A stretch of DNA of 35,429 nucleotides, taken from a virus (lineage: Duplodnaviria > Caudoviricetes). The stretch spans positions 1 to 35,429 of IMG/VR virus record IMGVR_UViG_3300037467_001510. One strand, written 5' to 3'. Under the pieces are notes generated by a model. It was not told where the DNA came from. It worked only from the letters and a program-made list of their open reading frames with translations, and did no database searches. Below are positions 35,410-35,429 of this stretch, piece after piece. Each line of letters opens with the position of its first letter. Positions within the stretch are counted from its first letter, which is position 1. Position numbers and translations under genes: made by a program.

Positions 35410-35429
35410 GCGTGGCGCAGCGGATCGAA
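35291..35429. repeat. Terminal direct repeat, copy 2
   Basis: Matches 1-138. Confidence 0.95.

Overview
The window is a complete, circularised temperate phage genome of about 35,290 bp; the first 138 nt repeat at 35291-35429 with a 1-nt indel. The host is probably a GC-rich alphaproteobacterium, likely Sphingomonadaceae (inference). It has a P22-like podoviral late operon on the minus strand: TerS, TerL, portal, scaffold, major capsid, gp4/gp10/needle-like, gp14-like, ejection proteins, tailspike and a GH19/spanin lysis cassette. An intact attP carrying the 3' part of tRNA-Met(CAT) lies next to a tyrosine integrase. A satellite-like early module follows: MerR-like regulator, divergent Xis/AlpA, CHC2-Toprim primase and AAA helicase. 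An accessory island holds a serine recombinase, an iteron/cruciform region and an XRE-controlled divergent operon. Most notable: (i) a 1701-aa ejection protein carrying an M15-type peptidase and an SNase-type nuclease; (ii) a gp7-like DNA-transfer gene split into two ORFs; (iii) a late promoter followed by two terminators and a structured leader, with a DUF6456/GafZ-like antiterminator candidate; (iv) tandem pseudoknot-like repeats before the scaffold gene. All family assignments come from motif recognition by eye and gene order, not from database searches.
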